DNA of 64,000 nt, taken from positions 199,952,001 through 200,016,000 of the forward strand of contig NC_058368.1 in NCBI RefSeq assembly GCF_018350175.1, written 5' to 3'. Made by a program: the position numbers and the translations under genes. This DNA is from Felis catus (lineage: Eukaryota). Position 1 is the stretch's first letter. Every line of letters starts with the position of its first letter. The notes below the pieces were generated by a model. The model saw only the letters and a list, made by a program, of their open reading frames with translations. It searched no databases and was not told the DNA's origin. Of this stretch, positions 1 through 12,930 are shown one piece after another.

Positions 1-147
1 CCTATAACTATTAGCTAACTGGTGGAATCCAGTTTTTTAAAAAGATGACTTTAAATATTGCCAAGATAAATGCTCAATCAACACTCGAAAGGGCTTGATT
101 GTGAACAGTTGGTCATGTGTAGTTTTTTTACCTTGGTCTATTTTTTA

Positions 148-330
<183 letters not shown>

Positions 331-626
331 TTACCATCTAGCAATATTCCATTTCAATTTTCTTTAGTTTAAACATGTAGATCAGATGTCATACATTTTT
401 GTCTTCTAGATAGTTCAAAAATTCATCAGTATACAAATCCTTCCGACAGAAATAACCACTGCCACTTGTGGATATTCGTAGCCCAAGGAACAAGAATGAA
501 AGTACTGTTGTTAAACTTCTTAAACAATTGGTTTATCTCTGCAATAGTTTCTACTGAATGACTCTGGCAAGCCTTGAGGGGTAGAAGATACAATGCACTG
601 ACATGCTCTCTGCCTTCATGGAGCTT

Positions 627-632
<6 letters not shown>

Positions 633-676
<44 letters not shown>

Positions 677-706
677 CAGAGAGAGAGAGAGAATCAGAGA
701 GAGAGG
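633..706. repeat. (GA)n microsatellite, interrupted
   Basis: Direct reading. Confidence 0.95.
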
Positions 707-709
707 GAA

Positions 710-1080
710 ATTCAACACACAATCATTCCAATGCATGTTCAATTGCAAACTATGGAGAGACGGCTGAAATGGAAAAGCTGTTTAGCAAGTAAACCTAGGG
801 CCCTACTTCAAAATGGGGGGTTAGGGAAGGCCTCTTCGAAGTGATATTCAAATTGATACTGAAAGGTGCAAGGAGGGTGGAGACCTGTCCTGGATGGAGA
901 CAGAGTGAGAGGATGGATCCACACAAGGGCAATTGGTATGTGAAGAAGCTGAGATGAGAAAAAAGTAGGGATGTCCTGAGAACAGAAAGAAAGTCAGTAA
1001 GTCTGGACTAGGCTGTGAGGGGAAGTGAAACCAGATGAGGCTGGATGAGTAGTAAGTGGGGCATGTATCTGGGGAGGGCA
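710..1080 (-). mobile_element. Degenerate L2 LINE fragment
   Basis: Motif agggaaggcctct...gaagtgatattca...gaaagg typical of reverse-strand L2 3' region; boundaries approximate. Confidence 0.5.
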
Positions 1081-2568
1081 CACATGTGCTTCAGGCTTTA
1101 TCTAGCTCAGGCATAGCTTCCATTTCTCTCACACCAGCCCTTCTCCCCACCACCCCTTTTCTTGTTCAGTCTTCCCTTCTTTCTACCTTCCTCCTTTCGT
1201 TCCCTCCTTTGCACAAATAGGATAACGTGGGCAGCTAACTGCAGAGCCATCATGGAGCAAAATGATACATAGGGTAAAGTGACACCAGATTGGATTTCCC
1301 TTCCTCTGTATTCCTCCCCTTTCCCTTACAGATGCCCATTTTTCTTATCCTTTTTCTATACCTTCTTTTAAATATTGATGTGAACCAATAGATCAATCTA
1401 CATCAAGAATTGTGAGTGAAGATAACTTTTTGTTTAATTTCCCATCCCAAAATGAGAAATTCAGAAATTCTACACCCAAATGAATGTCTTTTTAATGTAG
1501 AAATTCTGGGCACTTCATTTCTTGGGTCCTGGGGAAGCAGTTTGAGACAAGGCTGCCTTCTTGCTAAGGCAATTGCTTAGTTTGCTCAGTGGTAAAGTTG
1601 CCTCTAGTGCTTTTTTCATACCCATCCTATTTCCAATTCTGATCTTACTTCCAAGTGGCATGAAGGTTCAGCATCTACCTTCCAGCCTCCCTTGAGGATG
1701 TTACAGTTGTCAGAAATCTTTAATTACATGTCTGACTCATAGATACATTTCCACAGCTGGGTCTTCTTTGAAACCAGAAGCACACTCTGGCATTTGCAGA
1801 AACCAACAAGACTACCTTCTAATTTAAAATAATCTTTATCATCTTTGAGCCACCTTCTAGAGTACACTAGACGTCTTGAAGCAATTACACCATTATGCTT
1901 AAAAAGAATAGTATCCTATATTTTTAATGCCTTTTGAAAAGCTTTCCCCTAATTTATTCAGATTATAATAACATTAATTGGCATCACATTTTATAAATGA
2001 GAAATTTAAGTTTAAAATATTCCTCACAGTGAAAGGGCAGAAAAGAGTCTAGTCTAAGATGTGAATCTTTTATCCCAGGGCTTTTTCCATCAGTCTACTT
2101 CCTCTCTACAGAAATACACCTCCCTGAACTCTCTGCATTCTGTGTCGCCTCATCCTACTAGTTTCTGCTAAATGCTGCTGCCATTGATGAATTGTTACTT
2201 GATGAATTCAATGAGCTATCTAGCTAATTGAGATCTACTGGAGAATATAATACAAGTAAAGCAAACAAACAAGCATCATATTTTAAAAATAGAAACAGAA
2301 CACATTAATCATTCCTTAGAGTTGTTTAGTTGGGTATAGGATAAGTAAGAAAAAGACAGCATACATAAGTGTAAGATAAGGTATATAATAAGCTGACTGA
2401 AGATGCAATCCCTCAAACTATGTCCAGGATATCCCTGCTCTTCTATGAATATATCTTTCACTGAATATCTGTCACCATCAGTCCCAAAGCCTTGTGCTCT
2501 TATAATTGGAATAAAGATGACCAAAAGTCCTTTTGGAAATATAAGCAGGCTACAACCAACTAATTATG

Positions 2569-2569
2569 C

Positions 2570-2608
<39 letters not shown>

Positions 2609-2610
2609 AT
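2569..2610. repeat. (TAAA)n tetranucleotide microsatellite
   Basis: Direct reading, about 10 units. Confidence 0.95.
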
Positions 2611-3975
2611 GGATGAGGATACACTCAAAATCCAATTCAGGTTATTTCCTTGAATCATAATTAAGTATTATGGATAGTTATCTATTACTCTCAACACAGA
2701 TTTAAAATTATTCTCCCAATGACCCTCATAGGTTTTAATTAGTAATCTAGGGAGACACTGTATAATTATTAAGGGAAACCATGAAGGTTCAACATTGTCT
2801 TTGTGTATAGAAATGTTCAGTATAAATAAAAGTAAAATGATTTTGCAACTTAGATAAACATTATGCTTATTTTTTGGTACCAAGGTGAATAAATGCTGCT
2901 GTGGAAGTTAATTGCTCATCTATTCAGGACATCTTACAGAGTTTCTTTGTTTTTATTTCCCTTTGTTTTTGTTTGATCAGGCAGGAGGCTAAAGAACTTT
3001 GAAAACTGTCATTCCTGTCATTATTCTTGGACATTTTACTACTTGAGTGAATCTACTGAACACTAGTCTCTCATTTGGATAAAATCTTGAACAATCTAGT
3101 CTTATTTCTTTGACTTCCTCATCTTTAGTAATCTTTTCCTCTACATCACCTATGTCATCCACTCTCAAGGTCTTATCCTTGACCTTGTCAACTGGAAAAA
3201 CTGCAGCACCTCAATCTCAATTTCAAGTGTTTTACCATTAACTTGAGCTCATTTATGTCGGTCACCAATTCCTTCACCATATCAAGACTTGCAATTAATT
3301 CAGAGATCCTACTTTTTTTTTGTCCCTAGCTTAGATTCCATGGTCCATCACCACAATCATTTACTTGCAAACTTTAACTCCTTTAACCTTTTTTCCCCTC
3401 CATTAACTCACATGGCTAACCTCCAACTCTGGTTAAGTCCAAATATCTCCTTTACTTTCTGTGCTTCTGTGACTTCAAATGTTTCTACACAAAAATCACA
3501 CAAATTGTAGACTGGTCTCACTTTAAAGTTATGGCCATGAATCTCAAATGTGGTTGCACATAACACTGCTCGACAGTCCTACTCCTTTGTACTAATGAGC
3601 GTATTTTGCTCCCATTTATTGAGTGCAATCAAATTCTGGTCATAAACTATTAACTCTTCAGGAAAAAGACAGTATCACATTGATACATGGGGAGGAGTTC
3701 ACACGAGAAGAGGAAGAATTTATGCCAATTAAACAAGGCTGCTTTGTGCCATAATATTTGACATTTCAAAATACTTTACATATTTTATAAAACCTACTAT
3801 GGACTATTGGATTATCTGGACACCAGGAACAGCAGAAAAATTTTAGCCTCTTGGTAAGTCAGAAATCAGTGCTTTATACCTTCTCTCTCTCTCTCTCTCC
3901 CTCACTGTCTGTCTTTCTCTACCTACTTAACATATATCTCACTTCTATAAGTTTATTCTTTAGATAACTTGTAAC

Positions 3976-4362
3976 TGTCAGTTGCCTCACCCTTTCTTTA
4001 TACCTTGCTTCTAACACTCCACATGAGTCTCTTCCGATGACCGTCTGCCCTTGGATCGCTAGATCTGCTTTGTTCCAAAGGTTCAAAGAGTGAGGAGTGC
4101 CTGGAATTTTTTTCCTTTATCGCCTTTTGCCAAGCTCCACAGGCAATGCCTGAGTACAGACAGTGAAAGACCAGCCCCTTGACTCAGATTAGCTGAAGGC
4201 CTTGATTTCACCTGAAATCACACCCTTGGTTCTTCTCAGTTGTTACTCTGTTTTGCTCCCCCAAATCTCTTACTATTTTCTTTTAAAAGCACTCCCTTAG
4301 TAAATCACTGTCACTTGGCTCATTTTCTCAGGGTTTGCTTCTGGGAAACCAGACTTAAGGCA
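3976..4362 (+). mobile_element. ERVL LTR16-like solo LTR embedded in L2-derived sequence (~3060-5150)
   Basis: TG...CA termini; 3' end ctcagggtttgcttctgggaaaccagacttaaggca resembles the LTR16 terminus; flanks look like L2. Confidence 0.55.
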
Positions 4363-6083
4363 GCTATCATCTGTGTTTCTGCATTTCTTCCTTGGCTCAG
4401 GCCAGACCTCACCTCACTCAACCTGGACCGTGGCAATAGTTGGTCTTTCCGCTGTTGGTCTTCCTCCTATTTTCATTCTCCTCAGCTCCATCTCCTCAGC
4501 TCTTACATAAATAAATGTAAGGCAAACTGCCTTGAAATTCTGCTTACATAACATCCTTATTCACAAATCTCCACTAACTCTCCATTGCCTACATCAACGA
4601 CTTTAAAATACACTCTAAATGGAATTTTTATTCTACTTAAAATAGAAAACAGATAAAACTTGAAGCTGCTCCTTGGAAATACAAGACCTGTAAGGTAAAC
4701 TTCAGTTTTCTTCCCCTGACCTGCAGTCACTCAACAGCCTTTCTAGTTCTCCCACGTCTTCAGGACTCCCTAGTATGAACCCTGTCCCTACCAAGAGCCT
4801 TTCCTCATCCCTCCAACAAAGCTAAGTTCTATCCATTCTGGAAGATCCAGTACAAAGAGTCACTTTCTCTGCAAAACTTTTCCCACCTAGTCGCCAGTCT
4901 AGCTTACTGATCTTCCCCTTCTCTAACCCCTGAAGCAAACTTGTCTGTTTTGCTCCTGGGAGTACTGTATTCTTTTGAACTTCTTTGTATGCATGCTTTA
5001 TCTCCCAACTGCATTATATATAGGAGCAAGCAGGGCTAAGGAGCATGGACTATGTCATAGCTTTTGGTACTCTCTTATCCCATGCTGCTGTTTTGCTTTG
5101 CTTATGATTGACCCTCATACATTCTTACTAGATGACTGTAACATTTCACATAAGACTGAGATAGCAGGGAAATAATGATAAGCAGAAAAAGAGAGACATA
5201 AAGATGTGTGGGAAATGAGAAGACTGGGGGCAGTGGAATCTCAAATCTCAGGGAAATGACGCTCAGTGTAGGTCCCTGGCTGATAGTGGGCTGCATATTT
5301 CCTTACGAAACAGACAGAATAAGGCCTGCTGTGTCTTTTCCAGAAAAGGGTGGCATTCATTGATTTTCATCACAGGAAAATGGTCAAATCACAAAGCAAA
5401 CACATGTAACACTTTGCTGAGTATTAACGGGACCCAGTTAATAAAGCAGTTTTAGTCCCAGCTTAGGGTATAAGTTAAGGCAGGTAAAACAGATTTATAC
5501 TTGATACTATATGCAACAGAATCAAATAAGGATGATAATGAAATAACAAGATAAAAAGTTAGCCAAGTGAGGCATACAGATTTTGAGGAGGCAGGAGGAC
5601 AGAAGTACAAGTACATTTATTGTCTCACCGTGAAAGGGCTCATGGAGGGAGGAAGATGCAGTCCCCTTAGTAGGTACCCAGGTAAAGAACAGACGGTGGG
5701 TTTACAAATGTAGAATAGAGAAAGCAAAGCAGTCTTGAGTGGAGAATATGTCAAAAATTATAAGGAACTGAAATCATTCTAGGAACTGAGAAAAAGAAAA
5801 ATGGCCAATAATCATCATATTTGACTTGAGGCAGCCAGTTGTGTTGGGATGATACAAAAACCAGAGCGTAGAAGTTAAGTAGAGACTGCTGAGGAGTAAT
5901 GGAGATGGAAAGACTCTAGGCATGTTTGCTGAATGGAAATAAATAAGCAGGGATGGCAGCTAAAAGAAGCAACCAGCTAGATGTGGGCTTTCTTGAAGAG
6001 AAAATGGAAAAAGAGCAGCTTAGGGCATTAGTAAAACAGCATGGGAAGATAGGAACAAAATATTCTTATAAAGAGTAGAACAA

Positions 6084-6308
6084 GGAGAGCCTGGGTGGCT
6101 CAGTCATTTAAGCATCTGACTTGGGCTCAGGTCATGATCTCGTGGCTCCTGAGTTCGAGCCCCATGTCTGAGCCCTGCATCCGGCACTGCGCTGACAGCT
6201 CAGAGCCTGGAGCCTGCTTCAGATTCTGTGTCTCCCTCTTTCTCCCCCTCCCCCACTTACGTGCGCGCGCGTTCTCTCTCTCTCTCAAAAATAAACATTT
6301 AAAAAAAG
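6084..6308 (+). mobile_element. Can-SINE (felid SINEC)
   Basis: tRNA-like head with A/B boxes, CT-rich segment, AATAAA and A tail; TSD AGAG(T/G)AGAACAA; short internal duplication of gagccc motif. Confidence 0.95.
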
Positions 6309-7594
6309 AGAGGAGAACAAGTACAACAGTCAGTTTTCAGAGACAACTGGAAAGGAAGCCTTTACTTCCTACGGAGACACAGTTTGAACTTCCTGATTAA
6401 GTAGAACAAAAGATATAGGTATGTAATTAAATCTAAGACCAAAGAGAACTAAGATTCAGGCTATCACATAAATCAGACACACAACTGATAGAGGATTCTG
6501 TTATATGAACCAGAGGTTTGTAACATTTATTCAAAACCACTTAAGCATGAGATTTACAATCCTTCTTCAGCTAAGCCATGAGCTAATATTCCCTGACCCC
6601 TTTTCTAGGGAGTACTAGCACCCTCTGTATGTTACTCGCTATGATTTTTAAAGAATTCCATGGTCAAGTAATCTTGAAAAACAATGGGTAACACAAAGTT
6701 AACATGTATCTTTACAGCACGGGGTCCCTTCTCTCTCTCTCTCTCTCTCTCTTGGTCTCGCCCTTTATCTCTTTGTCTGCCTCTCTTTCTCCTTCTGCTA
6801 TTTATATTAAGTAAAAAAAAAAAAAATGCCACAAATTTCAAATGCAAAAGGCCAAGGCTTTCTCTTCTGTTCCCAGTTGCTCTACTCTGATTCATAAGCA
6901 AATTTTTTTGAAAATGCTCTGAGTCTTTAATATGAAAATATGCATTGTGAATCATGAATTGAAAGACCTGATATATTTTATTCCTATTTAAGGGAATATT
7001 TTGGGGGAAGAACATATTTAACACCTCAAGCAACATAATTTAGAAAACATTGCTTTACAACATTGAGCTACCTCCTCGTAAAGATCAAATAATTGTTCTG
7101 CCTCATTCACCTTTGTTATATTCATAATACACTATCATTATAATACTCATCCAAATATAAGATTTTACCTCATTTCTAAGTTGGAAGTATTTTGGGCTCA
7201 GGGACAAAGTTACAGTTTTTTTTAATTGCCCATGACACCTAGCTTAATACTTAATCAAGAAGTCACTTCATATATATCTGCTGAATTACAATGAATTTAT
7301 TACGTGGATGGTTTTCATTTCTTTTAGGGGGTAGAGAAGAAAGAGGAAGAAAGTGAATGTGAGAAATATAAATGAAATCACTGAAAGGAGGTCCCTCTGA
7401 TTTTTTTTCATGAAATTCAAGTAACAACAGAATGACAAAGAAGTTTAAGAAAGAGAAGTATGTAAAATAGCTATTAAGTATATCGAGTCAAAGAGTTATG
7501 AAGAAGTGGAATTATTTCCTCATTTAGAATTATATTCTAATACCTTGTATTGTTAAGTTAAAGTTATAACAGCAGTTGCTAAATTTTAATTTCT

Positions 7595-7811
7595 TTTTTA
7601 AAAATTTTTTAAATGTTTTATTTATTTTTGACAGAGAGACAGAACAAGAGCAGGGGAGGGGCAGAGAGAGAGGGAGACACAGGATCCGAAGCAGGCTCCA
7701 GGCTCTGAGCTGTCAGCACAGAGCCCAACACGGGGCTCGAACTCACAGACAGCGAGATCATGACCTAAACCGAAATCGGATGCTCAACCAACTGAGCCAC
7801 CCAGGCGCCCC
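7595..7811 (-). mobile_element. Can-SINE (felid SINEC)
   Basis: Full-length; 15-bp TSD TAAATTTTAATTTCT at 7580-7594 and 7814-7828. Confidence 0.97.
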
Positions 7812-8639
7812 TTTAAATTTTAATTTCTAAAGCACAAACTAAGTTTCTGGGCTTTCCATTCAACAATTAACATTATCAACCCAGTGTCTTCTTTAGGGGA
7901 ATAATGATAGGGTAAAACAATGAAGTGTTCTGTGGGAGATCCCCCATTGCTGAACATGAAAAGAGCCAATTTATGTGTCCGGCCAATTTATATTTCCTTT
8001 AACCAAACTATGGTGCAAAGCCTGCCCCCTACCACATGCTTCTAATGTGATTAAGTTGGAGTAAGAATGCAGTAATAATACAGACTGTAATCCCAGTGAA
8101 CTGTCCGCATGGGCCATTCTGAGGCTATGTTAGCTGGAACCAGGCTTCACCGTTTGTCACTGTGAAGGGAGGCATAAGTGAGACTGGATCATAAGGAAAT
8201 GAAATGAGTCCTCAGAAACATAAAGTTGATAGATGATAGATATAGGTCCCAGGAAAATGGTGTCTTAAGCTGCCTTCTTGGATGATGCTGTAATGAAATT
8301 GATCCAAGTTCAAAAATGCAAGGATAAGGGAGTACAAGTAAAGTTCTGAGAAGACTGTGGGAGCAATCAGGATGAGAGGTGAATGGGGCTGGGGCGGGAA
8401 CACCTGCAAAGAAAAGTCTGGAACCTAACGTAAAGGGTGTCTGGGGGAGGTCCCCCACAAAGAACCACTTCTAGCTCAATGACGTCATGAAGTAGACTGA
8501 GAGAAAGAGGTCATTACAACAATGATTTTTAACACAAGGAGAAATGAAAAGTCCCAGCAATGAGATTTTTCCAACCCAAATGATCTACCTCCTATATGCT
8601 CAGCAACACATAAAACTCTAAACTGTATCCCATAAATAA

Positions 8640-9170
8640 AAGGATTAAGGCACAATGCTGTCAAAGTGGAATTCACAGTCTGCCAGGAGAGACAGACACA
8701 GAAGCAAAAGATAGTGCTACTGAGTGATGAGAGCTGTAAGTGAAGGGTGAGTAGAACTTATGGGGACAGAGGGGAGGGAATTGTTTGTGGGAAGAGGGGT
8801 GGAAAGATCATGGAACGTGACAGAGACAGTGACACTGGAACTAAGTCACCTAGCACCTAGGGCTTGGGGTAGAGAAGGGCACTCTGGGGAGGGGCTCCTG
8901 TGGACACTGGCAATGTGTTCAGGGAAAGCGAGGGGAGGAGTGGCTGCAGAGCCAGAAGAGAGGCAAGAAGGCACCAGGGAGGCAGGCGGCAGTGGGAATG
9001 AGTGGCGCCAGGTGACAGATGCTTTCCAATCCACTGGGGAGCTTGGATATCACTCAGCAGGCAAAGACAGGAGATTTTTACCCAGGGAAATGCTATGACC
9101 TGAATTTTACCTTGGAAAGATAGCTCAGGGATGGAGGTAGGGGAGAATGCAGATTGGGTGGCTAGTGACA
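8640..9170 (-). mobile_element. Degenerate L2 LINE fragment
   Basis: Reverse L2 motifs, e.g. gagcttggatatcactcagcaggcaa...gagattttaccca; boundaries approximate. Confidence 0.5.
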
Positions 9171-10204
9171 GAGAAGAGTCACCTTATTCACAGTACCGCT
9201 GTCAGATACTATAGCCTGATTGACAAGGATTCAGCTGCAAGGTGCCTTCAGGCTTCTACTTAGACTTCAAAACAACGAATAAGGCTTCAGGGGAAATGGC
9301 CATAAAACGTGCAGTAAAAAGAAAGATAAATAATATTCCTAAAATTTAATTAATCTCTCTCTTTCATTTTGCCTGGTTTAATGCTATGCTGTGCTTTTGA
9401 TAGCAACAATCTAGACATTGTTCCATTAGTATATTTCACTTTTATATCAAGCCTCACAATTTACTGGTTTTATTTAGGGTAATGCACTCGTATTTGGCAT
9501 ATTTATATCATTCTCATTTATTATTAAAAGCAGTGTTATGTTTAGGTATTGAGGATCGATAAGACCTCCACAATGTTTATACCATCATATCTTTTATGGC
9601 AAGCTCAGAGTGTTTCAGGTTTGTTTTTATAGGTGTTTTTTTTTTAAAGGCAATTTTATAGCCTTTACTCTGTCTTGGGTAAAAAAATTGGTTGACAAAA
9701 ATTCCTTCAGTATGTTTGCAAAAGTCTTAATGGGACCACACAGAAACCTGTACGAAACTTTGAGTAGCTATTTGGAGTTGATGTTTTTGTCACTTACGCT
9801 GCGTCCCCTAATGTACACTGATTGTCATGTGGAAACTTCAATGCAAGTTTAAGTTTTCCTTCTTTCTCCCTTCCTCTCTGTTTGTTTGTTTTTTCCTTTG
9901 TGGAGTTGACAATTCCTTTCATTTCTTTGCAACTATCTTTCAACACATGCAATTACTAAATGACAAATCTATGGATGCAGACAATAGGCCATCATATTTT
10001 ATCTTTACCTGTTGTACTAAGTGTATAGCCGTAATCAATACAGTACACAAGAATTCATGAGGTGTAGTCAGAATGACGTGATTTTTTTTTTGGTTCGTGA
10101 TCCCTTTAAAATTTATTTAGGGTGAAGTTCTTCTATTCTCCCTGGATAGAAAGATCAGTGTCTTAATAGTTTTAAAATATCTATTAAAAAAGAAAAGACC
10201 TATA

Positions 10205-10775
10205 TAATTGATCCTTGAACAACACGGGTTTGAACTGTGCGGGTCCACTTATACGTGAATTTTTTGGGTAAATACAGTGTAGTACTGTAAATGTATTCTC
10301 TCTTTATGATTTTCTTTTTTAAAAGTTTATTTGTTTTCGAGACAGAGAGAGAAAGAGAGAGAGAGCAAGACAGTGAATGGGGGAGGGGCAGAGAGAGAGG
10401 GAATACAGAGGATCCCAAGTAGGCTCTAAGCTGTAAGCGCAAAGCCCAATGTGGCTAGATCTCCCTAATAGTAAGGTCATCACCTGAGCCAAAATCAACA
10501 GTCAGAAGCTTAGCTGACTGAGCCACCCAAGCGCCCCTTCTTTATGATTTTCATAATAGCATTTTCCTTTCTCTAGCTTACTTTATTGTAGAATATGGCA
10601 TATAATACATAAAACATACAATATGTGTTAATCCACTGCTATGTTATTGGCAGGGCTTTCAGTCAACAGTAGGCTATTAGTAGTTAAGTTCTGGGGGAGT
10701 CAAAGTTATATGCAGATTTTTGACTGCACAGCAAGTCAGTGCCCCTAACCTTCACATTATCCTAGAGTCAATGTA
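10205..10775 (+). mobile_element. Tigger2a-like TcMar non-autonomous DNA transposon, interrupted by a SINE
   Basis: Left TIR attgatccttgaacaacacgggtttgaactg, right end gcccctaacc...gagtcaatg, TA at ends. Confidence 0.85.
10315..10537 (-). mobile_element. Can-SINE inserted in Tigger2a-like element
   Basis: 14-bp TSD TCTTTATGATTTTC at 10301-10314 and 10539-10552. Confidence 0.95.
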
Positions 10776-10778
10776 TTT

Positions 10779-10994
10779 CTTTTTAATTTTTTAATGTTTA
10801 TTTATTTTTGGGAGCTAGAGAGAGAGAGTGAGCAGGGGAAAGGCAGAGAAGAGAGGGAGACACAGAATCCAAAGGAAGCTCTAGGCTCTGTGCTGGCAGC
10901 ACAGAGCCCAACATGGGGCTCGAAATCACGAGCCATGAGATCATGACCTGAACCGAAACTGGAAGCTCAACTGACTGAGCCGCCGAGGCACCCC
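10779..10994 (-). mobile_element. Can-SINE inserted at the right TIR of the Tigger2a-like element
   Basis: TSD GAGTCAA(T)TGTATTT at 10765-10778 and 10995-11009. Confidence 0.95.
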
Positions 10995-11013
10995 GAGTCA
11001 ATTGTATTTTAAT

Positions 11014-11092
11014 GTCGGTCATACCACATGAAATTGCTGTATTTGTAGGTCAAAAATGATCAAATAGCAACAATTTCATATGGTTCAACCTA
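11014..11092. mobile_element. MADE2-like mariner MITE (~80 bp)
   Basis: Inverted termini accacatgaaattg ... caatttcatatggttcaaccta around tgtaggtcaaaaa core. Confidence 0.8.
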
Positions 11093-12047
11093 GATTAAAA
11101 CACACTCTAGGAGACAAAATATCAAAGTTGATTCATAGTACGTCTTCTCCCCTCACTAAGCCTTACAGGAGATGAGAAGAATGCAGTTGAGAAAGCGGCA
11201 TAGGTGGCTGTTTCTTTCTTTGTTTCTTTACTCATCTCCCCTTAGATTGTTAACTGTAGTCTCTGACCTCTCCGGGGACGGGGGGTAACGGAGATAAATA
11301 AAGGGTATAGGAATTTTTACTTGACCGGTGCTATCCTGAGATGGATCAGGTGCTACCAGGTGCTAACAACTTTCTTGTGGGTTCTCTGCAGATTTCTCTT
11401 CACCTACTTCCTTGTCTGAGTGAATACATGTCACTACTGCCCTCAACAGGGATGCCTTCCACTTTTTTGTGCAGAAGTCTCTGCTCACCTCCAGAAGAGT
11501 CTGAGGGCAGGACCTAACATGACTCCGTGATGATCCATGAATATACACATTCTTTGTAATGACAGACCTTGGCACTGCAGGGAAATCTGACTGCAGCTAC
11601 CTCTCATCTGACTTGCCTGTCAGCAGCTAGATAGCTGCTATCTTGCCCTTTAGGTATTTCAGGCAGGAGTGAAGCACTAGTCAGCTGTGTCTCCCAACTT
11701 TAGAAAACACATCAAGCTCATTGTGTGAACCCACTGAAGCCTTTCTCACTAGGCCCTGCTTGCAGAGAAATCTTCTTCAGAAATCCTCTTAACTCCATTC
11801 TGAATTCCTTTATACCCTTGATATGGGTGAAGAGTCCTCTATCCATCTCTTAGCTTTCTATCTTGGCAGCTCCTTCTGGGTATTCTCCCTCACAGTTTGT
11901 TTTTACATCTTTCCCTTTCAGGAATGGAGGTAGGGAGGATAAGTTATGGGGAGAAAAAAATCCAGAAGCAGATTCTGCCAATCTTAGGGCAGAATTGGGT
12001 GTTGTAATTGAAAACAAACAAAAACAAAAGACATACACCACCCCCCC

Positions 12048-12103
12048 CCACACACACACACCCACCCACACACACACCCACGCACACACACACACACATA
12101 CAC
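12048..12103. repeat. Interrupted (CA)n microsatellite
   Basis: Direct reading. Confidence 0.9.
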
Positions 12104-12762
12104 AAAACCTATTTAAATTATATTAGACTCAGTCAGGGAGGAAAATGGTTGTTAAAATAAATTGTGTTTTTGGAGAGAATTACTATAAGACCACATGAAT
12201 GATAACCATGCTTTTCAGTACACATTTCTTCGAAGAGTATTTTTCCAAAAGTAAATATTTTTCCAAAATTTATATGAACAAATTTCTTTTCTGAATCCAC
12301 TAAAGGAAGATCAAACTTTAAAGGGAATTTAAAGGTGTTAAGACCCTTTTCACCACTTCAGCAAAAGTGATGGCTTAGTAGTAAATATGTCCTTTTCAAT
12401 CCCCTTCACTTAGAGAATAACTTATGAAACTAGTCATTAACACAACTTAAGTCAAAATAGAAAAAGATTAGAAAATACTAAAGTGTAAACACTAAAGCCC
12501 AAATATAAAAGTATTTAATAGAATATTAAAATTCCAGTTATAGAAAAAAAAAGTCTCATTAAATGTTCACCTATCAGAAAAAAATTTTAAAAAGCATTAA
12601 TTATGATATACACACTTATTCAACAGGGTCTCATTAAGAACCCACTCTGTCACAGCAAAGCACTATCTGGCCAATGATAAGAATTAAAAGATGATATAAA
12701 GTCTGTATCTAGAGATGCAGCAGAAACACACACACACATCAATATATAATAATGCATTAGTC

Positions 12763-12930
12763 CTGTGTTTCTCAAACTTTAATGTGTTTAAGAATCATGT
12801 AGGTTGCTTACTTAAAATGCAGGCTCTATAGCCCCACTCTGAGAGACTGATTCTGAAATCTGGGGTACAGCCCAAGCACCTCAGGGATTTGGGAAGAGAA
12901 GTTCTATAAGCCTCTTTTGGAGAAACACTG
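12763..12930. mobile_element. MER5-like hAT-Charlie MITE, followed by an L2 3' end (~12945-13050)
   Basis: Termini ctgtgtttctcaaact ... ttggagaaacactg; internal agaatca...ttaaaatgcag. Confidence 0.75.

Noticed and set aside
9400..10060. Unique-looking stretch that might be an ancient transposase fossil or conserved element
   Set aside because: No recognisable motif, terminus or frame; needs a Dfam/conservation search.
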